Shown: in pieces, positions 47,105 through 57,573 of the stretch | Layout of the letters: every line of letters starts with the position of its first letter | How positions within the stretch are numbered: the first letter of the stretch is position 1 | From: an uncultured Alphaproteobacteria bacterium | GTDB taxonomy: Bacteria > Pseudomonadota > Alphaproteobacteria > HIMB59 > GCA-002718135 | Assembly (NCBI GenBank): GCA_902595855.1 | Contig: CACJRY010000003.1 | Location: forward strand, 57,098-121,097 | Direction of reading: 5' to 3' | Length of the DNA: 64,000 nt | Notes under the pieces: model-generated | The model's database searches: none | Seen by the model: the letters and a program-made list of their open reading frames with translations, nothing else | What the model was told of the DNA's origin: nothing | Program-made: the position numbers and the translations under genes

Positions 47105-48316
47105 ATGAAAATAGATTTTACAAATATAAATTTTGAGGATGAGATTCAGCCTGACCCAAATATTAATGATCTTAATTTTAAAATAAAAAATATTTGCAGT
47201 AATCTTCCCTCGCTAAATATAGCAAAAAATTCTGATTTATTAAATTTAACAATAGTCAGTACGGAGTCATTCAAACAACATAAAAAAAAATTTGTAGTTT
47301 TTGGGACCGGAGGCTCTAATCTTGGTGCTAGGGCCCTTATAAATATTTTAGTAGATCAACCAGATAATATTTTATTTTTTGATAATATTGATCCATTATT
47401 TTTCCAAAGTCAAATTCTTAAATTGGATTTTGAAACAACCGGTTTTATAGTAATTTCTAAATCTGGAACAACGCCTGAAACACTATCTCAGCTAGGAAGT
47501 ATAGTGAATATTGCTAATGAAAAAAATATTTTAAATACTTTGTATAACAATATGATGGTTATTACTGAATTTAAAGATTCTCCATTATTCAATATGGCAA
47601 AAAAAAATAATTGTCTTCTTTTAGAACATCAAAATGACATTGGCGGTCGTTACTCTGTGTTTTCTAATGTAGGTATGGTTCCAGCAATTATAGCTGGTTT
47701 AAATGTTAAAAAAATACATGAGGGTGTAGTTAAAGTTTTGAATAAAAAAGATTTCAATAATTCTTTTAAGTTTGCTCAAATGTTTAAGTATTCTGTTTCT
47801 AATAATTTTTCTTCAAGTGTTATAATGACTTATTCTGATGGACTAAATTATTTTGGAAAATGGTATCTACAATTATGGGCAGAAAGTATTGGAAAACAGA
47901 ATAGAGGAGTCACTGCTATACATGCTACTGGGACTACTGATCAACATAGCCAACTTCAATTATATTTAGATGGACCAAAAGATAAATTTTTTACTATCAT
48001 AAAAAGTAATTACAAAAACAAAGGTTTGCCGATTGACTCACAATTAATGAAAGAAGAATCGATTGATTATTTAATGAATAAAACAATGGGAGATTTGATG
48101 CATGCTGAACAAGATGCTACAATCGATACTTTTAAACTTAATGGTTTTAAGTTTCGAGAAATACTCATTGAATCAATAGATGAAGAAAACATCGGCATGT
48201 TGATGGCAAACAGCATTATTGAAACAATTGCTGCTTGCATATATTTTGATGTAGATCCTTTTGATCAACCAGCTGTAGAACAAGGTAAAGTATTAACAAA
48301 AAAATATTTAAGTTAA
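47105..48316 (+). CDS. pgi: glucose-6-phosphate isomerase (short bacterial form)
   Basis: 403 aa with blocks FGTGGSNLGARAL, ISKSGTTPETL and DIGGRYSVFSNVGMV. Confidence 0.88.
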   Translation: MKIDFTNINFEDEIQPDPNINDLNFKIKNICSNLPSLNIAKNSDLLNLTIVSTESFKQHKKKFVVFGTGGSNLGARALINILVDQPDNILFFDNIDPLFFQSQILKLDFETTGFIVISKSGTTPETLSQLGSIVNIANEKNILNTLYNNMMVITEFKDSPLFNMAKKNNCLLLEHQNDIGGRYSVFSNVGMVPAIIAGLNVKKIHEGVVKVLNKKDFNNSFKFAQMFKYSVSNNFSSSVIMTYSDGLNYFGKWYLQLWAESIGKQNRGVTAIHATGTTDQHSQLQLYLDGPKDKFFTIIKSNYKNKGLPIDSQLMKEESIDYLMNKTMGDLMHAEQDATIDTFKLNGFKFREILIESIDEENIGMLMANSIIETIAACIYFDVDPFDQPAVEQGKVLTKKYLS

Positions 48317-48873
48317 TTTAAAAATAATAATTTAGTTTTTCCGTATATTCTTTCTTTCCAAACAACTAAACCTTCTGGAATTTTAATTTGTTGATTCTTT
48401 TCAACTTCAATAACAATAACAGTATCATTTAGTTTAATTTTATTTTTTATAATTTTAAATAAAATTTTATTTATATTTTCTTTATTATATGGAGGATCAA
48501 TAAAAATTATTGACGGCTCTACATCAAACTCTCTTTCAATTCCAATTTCTGCTTTTCTAAATATAATTTCATATTCATTTAGTTTACAAATTTTATCACA
48601 ATTACGTTTTAAGATCTTAAAAACACTCTCATCATCTTCAATAAAATATGATTTTTTTATTCCTCGTGAAACTGCTTCTAATCCAATTAAACCCGAACCA
48701 GCAAAAATATCAATTATTGATTTATCTTTATAAATATTTATTGAATGTTGCATGGAATAGCTCTCTAATATTGAAAAAATTGCTTCTCTTTTTAGGGTGG
48801 ATGTCGGTCGTACCAGTTTGCTTGGAACTTCTATCTTCGTTCTTTTATATTTTCCTGCAATAATGTTAGGCAT
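48313..48873 (-). CDS. rsmD: 16S rRNA (guanine966-N2)-methyltransferase
   Basis: 186 aa with DIFAGSGLIGLEA SAM motif and FIDPPY. Confidence 0.85.
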   Translation of the reverse strand: MPNIIAGKYKRTKIEVPSKLVRPTSTLKREAIFSILESYSMQHSINIYKDKSIIDIFAGSGLIGLEAVSRGIKKSYFIEDDESVFKILKRNCDKICKLNEYEIIFRKAEIGIEREFDVEPSIIFIDPPYNKENINKILFKIIKNKIKLNDTVIVIEVEKNQQIKIPEGLVVWKERIYGKTKLLFLN

Positions 48874-49585
48874 TTGTTTTAATATTTATTTCTTCTATTT
48901 GGCCCTTTTTTAAATGTCCCAACTTGTAGGGCCCGTATTGGATTCTGATTAACTTTACAATGTGCCATGAGAAATGATTACAAATATTTCTTATCTCTCT
49001 ATTTTTCCCCTCTTTAAGTTTTGCAATTAACCAAGTAAAATTTTTGTTGGATTTATCAATTTTAATTTTTATTTTTTTATAAAAAATCCCATCTATTTTG
49101 ATACCATTATTAATTTGTTCTAAATTTTTTACATCAATTTTACCTCTTATACACACTCTGTAAATTCTTTCATAACCTTTAGCTGGAAGTTCTAATTTTC
49201 TCGCAAAATCTCCATTATTAGTTAATAAAAGAAGTCCCTCGCTCATAAAATCTAATCGCCCTATACTAATTGTTCTTTGGAAGTTTTTTGGTATTAAATC
49301 AAAAATTTTTTTTCTATTATGCTCGTCTTTTGTTGAACATATATATTTTATTGGTTTATATATTTTCCATAACTTGATTATTTTATTTAATTTAATAATT
49401 TTTTTTCCAACAGTAATTTTATCATTCGCTGTTACCGTATCACTTGGATGTACACATAATTGATCATTGATTTTTACTACTCTATCTTCAATGAGTTTTT
49501 CTGCATCTCGTCTGGAACAATAACCAGCATTTGCTATATATTTTGCTATTCTAATTTTACTTTGCATAAGAAACAAAATCTTCAA
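48866..49585 (-). CDS. pseudouridine synthase, RsuA/RluB family
   Basis: S4 domain RIAKYIANAGYCSRRDAEKLIE and catalytic block GRLDFMSEGLLLLTNNG. An alternative start lies at 49567. Confidence 0.85.
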   Translation of the reverse strand: MKILFLMQSKIRIAKYIANAGYCSRRDAEKLIEDRVVKINDQLCVHPSDTVTANDKITVGKKIIKLNKIIKLWKIYKPIKYICSTKDEHNRKKIFDLIPKNFQRTISIGRLDFMSEGLLLLTNNGDFARKLELPAKGYERIYRVCIRGKIDVKNLEQINNGIKIDGIFYKKIKIKIDKSNKNFTWLIAKLKEGKNREIRNICNHFSWHIVKLIRIQYGPYKLGHLKKGQIEEINIKTNA

Positions 49586-50264
49586 TTATTGCTGAGTCAG
49601 CATCTGTAATTAAAAATTCAGGATGCCATTGGAGCCCAATACACCAAGGATGATTAATATGCTCTATTCCTTCAATTATTCCATCTGGAGCTGTTGCACA
49701 TGATACAAAATTATTACCAAGTTTATTTACGGATTGATGATGAGCACTATTAACTTCTATATTTTCACTATTTATAATTTTATAAAGCTTTGAGCTTTTC
49801 ATAATTTGTATTTTATGACTAACTTCATTACGTGGATTTTCTTGTTCATGAAAAATAGAAGTTTGGATCGACTTATTAATATCTTGAATCAAATTTCCAC
49901 CACTTGCAACATTCATTAGCTGTTGACCGCCACAAATACCAAGAATCGGTTTTGTTGTCTCAAGAAATTTATGAAAAATATCTATTTCAAACTTAGTTCT
50001 TTTATCTTTTATATTTCTTGAACCATCATCATTTTCTGCATAGAGCTCTGGATTAATATCAAAATTGCCTCCCGTAATTACTAAGCCATCTAAGATTTTG
50101 ATTAGAGAATTATTAATTGTTGTTTCATGAAATAATGGAAAAGGGATGGCACCGTATTTATATAAACATGATAAATAATTTTCTCGAATTGCATACCAAG
50201 GAAATTTAGAGTATCCACCGTTATTTTCAAAATCTAGGGTAATCCCTATAATTGGACTTTTCAT
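49557..50264 (-). CDS. class I glutamine amidotransferase-like hydrolase (peptidase C26 / gamma-glutamyl-GABA hydrolase family)
   Basis: Blocks GICGGQQLMN (nucleophile Cys), SAHHQSV and QWHPE. Start set at MKSPIIGITLD (50264), so the gene does not overlap the divergent tadA. Confidence 0.8.
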   Translation of the reverse strand: MKSPIIGITLDFENNGGYSKFPWYAIRENYLSCLYKYGAIPFPLFHETTINNSLIKILDGLVITGGNFDINPELYAENDDGSRNIKDKRTKFEIDIFHKFLETTKPILGICGGQQLMNVASGGNLIQDINKSIQTSIFHEQENPRNEVSHKIQIMKSSKLYKIINSENIEVNSAHHQSVNKLGNNFVSCATAPDGIIEGIEHINHPWCIGLQWHPEFLITDADSAIIEDFVSYAK

Positions 50265-50301
50265 AGAATGATAATATAATTTTATTTTAATTTTTACTAT
50301 C

Positions 50302-50754
50302 ATGAACATAAATTTTTTTATGAACGAAGCTATTAATCAAGCTCAGCTTGCTTTTGAAAAAGATGAAGTACCTATTGGAGGAATATTAGTTGATATTGTA
50401 ACAAATGAAATTATTGCGAAAAGTTTCAACAAGGTTAATAAAGAAAAAAATGCTATTTATCACTGTGAGATAGACTTGATTATAAATGCATGTAAAAAAT
50501 TATCTTCCAAATATCTTAATAACTTGGTAATGTTTGTGACATTGGAACCTTGTTTAATGTGTGCATCAGCAATTAAAGAAGCGCATGTAAAAAAACTATA
50601 CTTTGGAGCATATGATGAAAAAAAGGGAGGAATAGAAAAAAATAAATTATTTTCAAATGCAAAACATAGTTTCAAAACCGAAGTGTACGGCGGTATTATG
50701 GAAAAAGAATGCAATAACTTACTTAGAGAGTTTTTTAAAAAAATACGAACATGA
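50302..50754 (+). CDS. tadA: tRNA-specific adenosine deaminase
   Basis: 150 aa with CDA zinc motifs HCE and PCLMC. Confidence 0.9.
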   Translation: MNINFFMNEAINQAQLAFEKDEVPIGGILVDIVTNEIIAKSFNKVNKEKNAIYHCEIDLIINACKKLSSKYLNNLVMFVTLEPCLMCASAIKEAHVKKLYFGAYDEKKGGIEKNKLFSNAKHSFKTEVYGGIMEKECNNLLREFFKKIRT

Positions 50755-52082
50755 ATTTAAAATTTAATATTCCTGAATACGGTGTTACACAAATTAATAA
50801 AGCACTTAAGGAGGTGATTGAAGATCATTTTAGTTATGTTCGAGTAAAAGGTGAAATATCAGAAATACGAGAGGCTACAAAAGGTCAAATTTACATTACT
50901 CTTAAGGACGAAACATCAATTCTAAGTGCTGTTATTTGGGAGCAAAAAAAAAGATCACTTACTTTTGAACCTGAGATTGGAATGGAAGTAACATTAACGG
51001 GAAGAATTACTACGTGGTCAAAATTTAAAACTACTTACCAGTTAGATGTTGATAAAATTGAAATAGCAGGAGAAGGAGCATTATTAAAAATAATAGAAGA
51101 AAGAAAAAAAAGACTTATTGAAAAAGGGTATTTTGATAATGAAAATAAAAAACAAATTCCTTATCTTCCATCAAGAATAGGGGTGATCACCTCTCCAACT
51201 GGATCAGTCATTCACGATATTATTAATAGAATTTCAGATCGATTTAAAACACATATAGATTTATGGCCTGTTGCAGTTCAAGGTGCTGAGGCATCTAATA
51301 ATATCATTGATGCAATTACGGGATTTAATAAATTTACAAAGGATAAACCTGATGTCATTATTATTGCTAGAGGAGGAGGAAGCACTGAAGATCTAATGGC
51401 GTTTAATGATGAAAAATTATCGGAAAATGTTTTTAAATCTAACATACCAATTATTTCTGCAATTGGTCATGAAACGGACACAACGATTATTGATTTTGTC
51501 TCAGATTTAAGGGCATCAACCCCAACTGCAGCTGCTGAGTTAGTTGTTCCTGTTCGTTCTGAACTTCTTAGTACTGTTGAAGTATTAACTCAAAGATTAA
51601 ATTATAGCATCGATAATCTTTTACGACAGAATTTAACAAATATTCAAAGGCTAATTTCTTATCTTAAAACTCCTGCTGAAATAATTGATTTATTTAAAAA
51701 TCGATTAGCTTTTCTTGGCACTGGTTTAAGTAGAATTATCAAAAATAATTTTCAAATATCAGTTAAAGACCTGTATTTATTATCCAATAACTTAAAAATA
51801 TCAGATGATTCACTAAAATTCAATAAATCAAATCTTAGAACTCTCTCACAAAATTTAGACTCCTCAGTTAAAAGGAAGTTTAAAATAAGCATAGAAAAAC
51901 ATCAACATTTTTTAAGATTGCTTGAAACAAATTCAATTCATTCAAATTTAAAAAAGGGTTATTCTATATTATCAAAAGATAAAAAAATAATAAATGACTC
52001 AAAGTTAATCAAGGATAATGATACGCTTAGCGCTACACTAAAAGATAAAACGATTAAAATAAAAATTAAAAAGTTTAATTAA
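50751..52082 (+). CDS. xseA: exodeoxyribonuclease VII large subunit
   Basis: 443 aa with N-terminal OB-fold block VKGEISEIREATKGQIYITLKD, followed by GVITSPTGSVIHD and ARGGGS. Confidence 0.9.
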   Translation: MNLKFNIPEYGVTQINKALKEVIEDHFSYVRVKGEISEIREATKGQIYITLKDETSILSAVIWEQKKRSLTFEPEIGMEVTLTGRITTWSKFKTTYQLDVDKIEIAGEGALLKIIEERKKRLIEKGYFDNENKKQIPYLPSRIGVITSPTGSVIHDIINRISDRFKTHIDLWPVAVQGAEASNNIIDAITGFNKFTKDKPDVIIIARGGGSTEDLMAFNDEKLSENVFKSNIPIISAIGHETDTTIIDFVSDLRASTPTAAAELVVPVRSELLSTVEVLTQRLNYSIDNLLRQNLTNIQRLISYLKTPAEIIDLFKNRLAFLGTGLSRIIKNNFQISVKDLYLLSNNLKISDDSLKFNKSNLRTLSQNLDSSVKRKFKISIEKHQHFLRLLETNSIHSNLKKGYSILSKDKKIINDSKLIKDNDTLSATLKDKTIKIKIKKFN

Positions 52083-52950
52083 ATCTTTTGTGTTGCCAAA
52101 ACCAATTTTCAGGATTTTCTCTAATCCATCGCTCTACAATAGAATTTATTTCTAACATTTTTGTATTATCACTAATACTATCTTCATTATGATAAAGGGG
52201 CTCTTCAAATGTTATTTCTAAAGTATTGTCAGGTAAACGTATGTTTTTCATAGGAACAATCTTTAAATTGTATTTTCGAGCTATTTTTAAAAAACCTGTT
52301 TGTGTTTTCACTTGTTTTCCAAAAAAATTTATTAGGGTTCCAGCTGAGTCTTTTTGATCAACTAATAAAAATATGTTTTTTTTATTTATTACTCCATCTA
52401 AAATTTCTTTTGCACTTTTTTTTCCTTTAGGAGTGTAAAAACTATTTTTTGTTTTTAGAGCATTGTTTCTTTTTTTAAAAATATAATTATCAAAAAAAAT
52501 GTTATTAATATGTCTGTATATGGCTCCTACATTGAAACCATGTTTATCTAATATTGGAACACAAATTTCCCAATTTCCTGAATGAATACTAAAAAAAATT
52601 ACTGGTTCATTAGTTCTTTTAATAATTTTGAGTTTATCTAAACCTAAAATTTTAATTTTATTTTTATCATCTATAAGTTTGTTTAAATAATTAAGCTCAT
52701 AAAGGTTTTTTCCTAAATTTTTCCAACTATTATTTATAATATTATTAATTCGTTTATCAGTGAAATTTGCAAATACATATTTACAATTGTTTTTGGCTAT
52801 TTTGTTATATTTAGAAAGCCTTCCTAATAACATAAAAGTATAGCTAAAAATGTTAGAGGATATTTTTTTTGGAAAACAACTAAGTAAAATAAAGATTAAT
52901 TTAAAAAGAAAAAATTCAATTACGTATCTAAACGGAAGTAAAAATTTCAT
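52075..52950 (-). CDS. lpxL: lipid A biosynthesis lauroyl/myristoyl acyltransferase family protein
   Basis: 291 aa with an N-terminal membrane anchor and the acyltransferase block HSGNWE. Confidence 0.75.
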   Translation of the reverse strand: MKFLLPFRYVIEFFLFKLIFILLSCFPKKISSNIFSYTFMLLGRLSKYNKIAKNNCKYVFANFTDKRINNIINNSWKNLGKNLYELNYLNKLIDDKNKIKILGLDKLKIIKRTNEPVIFFSIHSGNWEICVPILDKHGFNVGAIYRHINNIFFDNYIFKKRNNALKTKNSFYTPKGKKSAKEILDGVINKKNIFLLVDQKDSAGTLINFFGKQVKTQTGFLKIARKYNLKIVPMKNIRLPDNTLEITFEEPLYHNEDSISDNTKMLEINSIVERWIRENPENWFWQHKRFN

Positions 52951-53939
52951 TAATTATAAATTTTATTTTCAATTAAATTAGTTAATATTTCTAATAATAA
53001 TTTTTCATCATCAAACTGTATGAAACCATCTATAGTTTTTACAAGTGATCTAAAAGATTTGGGTATTCTGACAATATCCTTTTTAGTCGTTACCAGAATT
53101 GATTTATTTTTATTTGCTATTTCTGCTAAATTAAGTAAATCATTCTCACTATAGATATGATGATCTGAATAACTGATCTGATCAACAATATTTGCTTTAA
53201 CTAATTTTAATGAATTAAAAAATTTTTCTGGATAAGCAATTCCAGCAAAAGCGGTGACCCTCTGTCCTTTTAACATTAAATCATCTTCTTTTATTTTAAA
53301 ACTTGCTCCAATCATCGGTATATGTTTTGGGATCTTTTTTTTAACAGACTCAGATATTTCACCAATAGTAATTACTAAGTTTGTTCTAGAAAGACCTCTT
53401 TTTATGCTTTCTCTTAAAGGTCCAGCAGGTATTACTCGTTTATTTCCAAATCCTTGCTCTCCATTAATAACTACAATTGAAAAATCTTTTTGAAGTGTTG
53501 GATTCTGAAAACCATCATCCATCACAATGCAATTAGCTCCTTGTTCTTTTGCTAATTTAAATGATCTATTTCGGTCAAGTCCAATCCAGGTAGGAGCTAT
53601 TTCTGATAATAGTAAAGGCTCATCCCCAACACTCTTGGGGGAGTGCCAATCTTTGACTAAATTATTATTTTTTTCTAAACCACCATACCCTTTTGATACA
53701 AAATGTGGATTGTAACCAGCTTTTTTAAGCATATTTCCAATTTTCAGTGCCACAGGAGTTTTCCCTGCTCCACCAATAACAATATTTCCAACACAGATTA
53801 TGGGTAGATTAGCTTTTCTTTCCTTACTTACTAAGTAGCGTATTTTTGTACCCAGTCTAAAAATTAATGAAAGTGGATATAATGAATTTGATAGAAAGCT
53901 ATCCTGATTATAATACCAAAATTTTGGAGCTTTAAGCAT
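52950..53939 (-). CDS. lpxK: tetraacyldisaccharide 4'-kinase
   Basis: 329 aa with P-loop GNIVIGGAGKTP and block GDEPLLL. Confidence 0.9.
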   Translation of the reverse strand: MLKAPKFWYYNQDSFLSNSLYPLSLIFRLGTKIRYLVSKERKANLPIICVGNIVIGGAGKTPVALKIGNMLKKAGYNPHFVSKGYGGLEKNNNLVKDWHSPKSVGDEPLLLSEIAPTWIGLDRNRSFKLAKEQGANCIVMDDGFQNPTLQKDFSIVVINGEQGFGNKRVIPAGPLRESIKRGLSRTNLVITIGEISESVKKKIPKHIPMIGASFKIKEDDLMLKGQRVTAFAGIAYPEKFFNSLKLVKANIVDQISYSDHHIYSENDLLNLAEIANKNKSILVTTKKDIVRIPKSFRSLVKTIDGFIQFDDEKLLLEILTNLIENKIYN

Positions 53940-55164
53940 TTTTTTCCAATTTATTATTTAATAATTCTAACAATTTATCCTCTTGAAAGAAAACAGTATT
54001 TGAAAAATTAAGGGCATTTTTTTTTAAGCTTTCAATTAAGTTTTTGTTTTCAATTAAATCAATAATTTTGATTTCAAAGTCATTAACTTCCTTAATCATT
54101 ATACATGCATCTTTAGCTAGCATATCTTCATATAGATTTTGCCAATTAAAGACATTAGAGCCAGTAATAATTGCACAGTTTGCTGTAGCAGCTTCAATTG
54201 GATTATGCCCCCCTTTTTTGGATAGAGAACCACCTAAAAAAACAATATCACTTATGTTAAAAAATTGCTCCATTTTACCAAAACTATCTATTATTAAGAA
54301 TCTACAATCTAAATTTTTAAATTTACTGTAATACTTAACATCAAGTTTTTTATTTTTAAGTAATTTGTAAATCAGTTTTGATCTACTTGGATGTCTAGGC
54401 GCTATAATAAAGTTAATAATTTGATATTTTTTACTAATCCTTTCTAATGAGGAAATAATTAAACCTTCTTCATTTTCGTGTGTACTAGCAATCATAATAT
54501 TTAAATTTTTTGTCTTTTCTAGTTTTGTATAAGAGGTATTTTTCTTTGTGAGTTTTAAGTTACCTAAATAATTAACACTAACATTTGTGAGTTTTTTTAT
54601 ACGCTCTAAATCATTTTTACTTTGTGCGTAAATGGCAAAAAAAGTTTTTGTGATAAATTTATAATATGAAGAAAAGAATTTCCATTTTTTAAAAGATCTA
54701 GGAGAAATTCTTGCATTTAAAAAAATTGACGGAATGTTTTTTTCACGCAATCTTACAATTGTGTTAGGCCAGATATCAGACTCAATCCAAACTACTAATT
54801 TAGGTTTCCAGAAATTTAAAAACTTATTAATCCAAGGAATTACATCAAAGGGAGCATATTGATGAATAATTTTTTCACCATAGTTTTTTAATGCATAATC
54901 AGCTGCAGTTTTGGTTGTTGTTGTAATCAGTAAATTGTAATTTTTATGAAAACTATTAATTAAAAAATCACAGGATTTAAATTCTCCAACACTTGAAGCA
55001 TGAATCCAAATAACATCTTTTTCTAAAATTTGTTTAAAATTTGTATAACCAAATCTTTCTTTGTATCTATCAGTATCTTCTTTTTTTCTAATTAATCTTT
55101 GATAAGTATTAAGATAAACTAGTGGTATTAAGAGAAATGAGATAAATTTATAAAAGTTATGCAT
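53932..55164 (-). CDS. waaA: 3-deoxy-D-manno-octulosonic acid (Kdo) transferase
   Basis: 410 aa with blocks WIHASSVGE and GGHNPIEAA. Confidence 0.9.
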   Translation of the reverse strand: MHNFYKFISFLLIPLVYLNTYQRLIRKKEDTDRYKERFGYTNFKQILEKDVIWIHASSVGEFKSCDFLINSFHKNYNLLITTTTKTAADYALKNYGEKIIHQYAPFDVIPWINKFLNFWKPKLVVWIESDIWPNTIVRLREKNIPSIFLNARISPRSFKKWKFFSSYYKFITKTFFAIYAQSKNDLERIKKLTNVSVNYLGNLKLTKKNTSYTKLEKTKNLNIMIASTHENEEGLIISSLERISKKYQIINFIIAPRHPSRSKLIYKLLKNKKLDVKYYSKFKNLDCRFLIIDSFGKMEQFFNISDIVFLGGSLSKKGGHNPIEAATANCAIITGSNVFNWQNLYEDMLAKDACIMIKEVNDFEIKIIDLIENKNLIESLKKNALNFSNTVFFQEDKLLELLNNKLEKNA

Positions 55165-55834
55165 TTATTTCTTTTTGCGCTTGTTCTTCACAAATATTAA
55201 TTTCATTCTCTAATTTAATTTTAAATTCTTCTATTTCATTTTCACTGCAATTCTTTGGAACAGAAATTGAATTTCCCCATACAAATGCACATTTTGCAAA
55301 CGGTTTTGTTACTAAGAATGAATCCCATGAATTTAATTTTTTAAATTTGGAGGAAGCAAAACCAATAGGAATTATGGGTACCTGAGTTTTTTTTGCAATT
55401 TTGATAATTCCATCAGATACTTTTTGATTTGGACCTCTTGGACCATCAGGAGTAATTCCTATGCATTTTGAATTTTTAAGTAGTGTAAATATTGGCTTTA
55501 GAGTAGTTGATTTATAGTTTGAAGAAGTTGGTATATTATTTAATCCAAAATATTTACCTAGTATTGCACCAAATCTTCCATCACTATGACCTGAAGCTAA
55601 AATATTTATTCTAGAATTAGACTTCCAACAAAAACTAATCATCATTAATTGATTATGCCAAAAAGCTAATATGAAAGGTTTATTATTTTTCCAATAAAAA
55701 TTAGGAGATTGTAAGTTTTTTTCTAATATTTCAGACGTTGCTTTCACTAACTTTATGTATAAAGCACATATTAAAGCTAAGAAATGTTGAACAAATAAGT
55801 TTTTAATAATTTTTTTTTTAATGCTCATTTGCAT
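55157..55834 (-). CDS. DUF374 (lysophospholipid-acyltransferase-like) protein
   Basis: 225 aa with blocks FWHNQLMM and ITPDGPRGP. It overlaps both msbA and waaA. Confidence 0.7.
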   Translation of the reverse strand: MQMSIKKKIIKNLFVQHFLALICALYIKLVKATSEILEKNLQSPNFYWKNNKPFILAFWHNQLMMISFCWKSNSRINILASGHSDGRFGAILGKYFGLNNIPTSSNYKSTTLKPIFTLLKNSKCIGITPDGPRGPNQKVSDGIIKIAKKTQVPIIPIGFASSKFKKLNSWDSFLVTKPFAKCAFVWGNSISVPKNCSENEIEEFKIKLENEINICEEQAQKEINA

Positions 55835-57569
55835 CTTCTTGCAATTGTAATTTTTTGTAAACTGCAGAATTTTTTAATAAAAATTCATGGTTTCCCTTAC
55901 TCTCAATACTGCCTTTTTCTAGAGTAAAAATTACATCTGCATTTTGTATAGTGCTTAACCTATGTGCAATTATGATTGTTGTTTTATCTTTCATTAATTC
56001 ATCAAGAGCTAATTGAATTTCTTTCTCTGTTAAATTATCTAAGGATGATGTGGCTTCATCCATAATTAGTATAGGAGCATTTTTAATTAAGGCTCTTGCA
56101 ATTGCAATTCTTTGTCTTTGTCCCCCTGATAGTTTAATACCACTCTCTCCAACAACCGTATTCAGTTTGTCTGGTAATTGATCTGCAAATTTACTCACAC
56201 CTGAAATCGCAGCAATATCTTCTATTTCCTTATCAGATGAAGACATATTTCCATACCTAATATTGTCTAAGATGCTCTCATTGAATAAAAGAGTTTCCTG
56301 GGTAATAAGAGATATATTTTCTCTTAAGTCAAACAGGGATAATGATTTAATGTTCTTTTGATCTATACTAATTTCACCAATATAATTATCATAAAATCTC
56401 AATAATAAATTAATTAAAGTTGATTTTCCGCTGCCAGACAATCCCACAAAAGCTGTTTTTTTCCCACACTCTATTGATAGATTAATGTTATTTAAAACTT
56501 TTTGTTCAGTGTATGAAAAGTTTACATCACTAAATTTTATATCACCTGTTAATTTGATATTTTTACTTCTCTCATGTTTTTCTGATTTTTCAAAAGAAGT
56601 ATCAAGAAGTGAAAAAATTCTCTCTGCTCCTGCAAGACCTTCTTGAACACTTATATTTAAATTACCTAAAGCTTTGACAGGCTGATATGCTAACAAAAGA
56701 CTTACAAGAAAACTCATAAATTGACCTGTTGTCATACTCTCATTTAAAACAAAAACTCCTCCAGCGTAAATAGATACAGCTACCGCTAAACTTCCAATAA
56801 ATTCCATGAGAGGACTAAGTCTATTACTAACAAATGCCGAACGTATAAAAAATTTTTTTATAAAATCGATTGTAGCAAAGGCCCGTTTCTTTTCATATTC
56901 TTCTCTATTATAGGCTTTGACCTGACGAATACCTTTAATACTTTCTGCCAAAACATTGGAAAATTTAGCGATTTCATTTTGTATTTCGTAGGTAATTTTC
57001 CTAATACTTTTACCAATTTTTTTAATTGGCCAAATTGCTAAAGGAAATGCAAAAAATGCAAAAAGTGTTAATGACCAACTTTGATAAAACATATTACCAA
57101 GTAAAAAAAATATAACTAAAATATCTTTAATTACCGCTGTTACAGATTTTACTATTGCTAATCTTAAATAGTAAGTATCATTGATTAACCTTGAAATTAA
57201 ATTTCCAGATTTTGAATCATTAAAATAATTTAAATTAAGATACATCAATTTTTCAAACATTTGTGTTTGAAGCTTTGCAATCACAGAGTGGGCAACCTTG
57301 CTCATTTGAAATGAATGAGTGTAGGTAGCTAAGCCTTTGCATAATGTTACTATGATTATTGCAATAGGAATTAAGAACAACATCTCTTGATTCCCTTTAA
57401 TTAAAACCTCATCCAAAGCTGGTTGGACCAACCATGCATGTAAACCTGTTGCTCCAGCAGAAATAATCATCATTACTAGAGCAAAGAAAATTGTAAATTT
57501 GTGACTTAATAAATAATTATTTATTAGACGTGAAATAACAGAATTTTTATTTACGTTGAGATTTTTCAT
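55818..57569 (-). CDS. msbA: lipid A export ATP-binding/permease protein
   Basis: 583 aa: six-TM domain plus NBD with [17 protein letters not shown] and ILIMDEATS. Confidence 0.88.
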   Translation of the reverse strand: MKNLNVNKNSVISRLINNYLLSHKFTIFFALVMMIISAGATGLHAWLVQPALDEVLIKGNQEMLFLIPIAIIIVTLCKGLATYTHSFQMSKVAHSVIAKLQTQMFEKLMYLNLNYFNDSKSGNLISRLINDTYYLRLAIVKSVTAVIKDILVIFFLLGNMFYQSWSLTLFAFFAFPLAIWPIKKIGKSIRKITYEIQNEIAKFSNVLAESIKGIRQVKAYNREEYEKKRAFATIDFIKKFFIRSAFVSNRLSPLMEFIGSLAVAVSIYAGGVFVLNESMTTGQFMSFLVSLLLAYQPVKALGNLNISVQEGLAGAERIFSLLDTSFEKSEKHERSKNIKLTGDIKFSDVNFSYTEQKVLNNINLSIECGKKTAFVGLSGSGKSTLINLLLRFYDNYIGEISIDQKNIKSLSLFDLRENISLITQETLLFNESILDNIRYGNMSSSDKEIEDIAAISGVSKFADQLPDKLNTVVGESGIKLSGGQRQRIAIARALIKNAPILIMDEATSSLDNLTEKEIQLALDELMKDKTTIIIAHRLSTIQNADVIFTLEKGSIESKGNHEFLLKNSAVYKKLQLQEDANEH

Positions 57570-57573
57570 GTTT

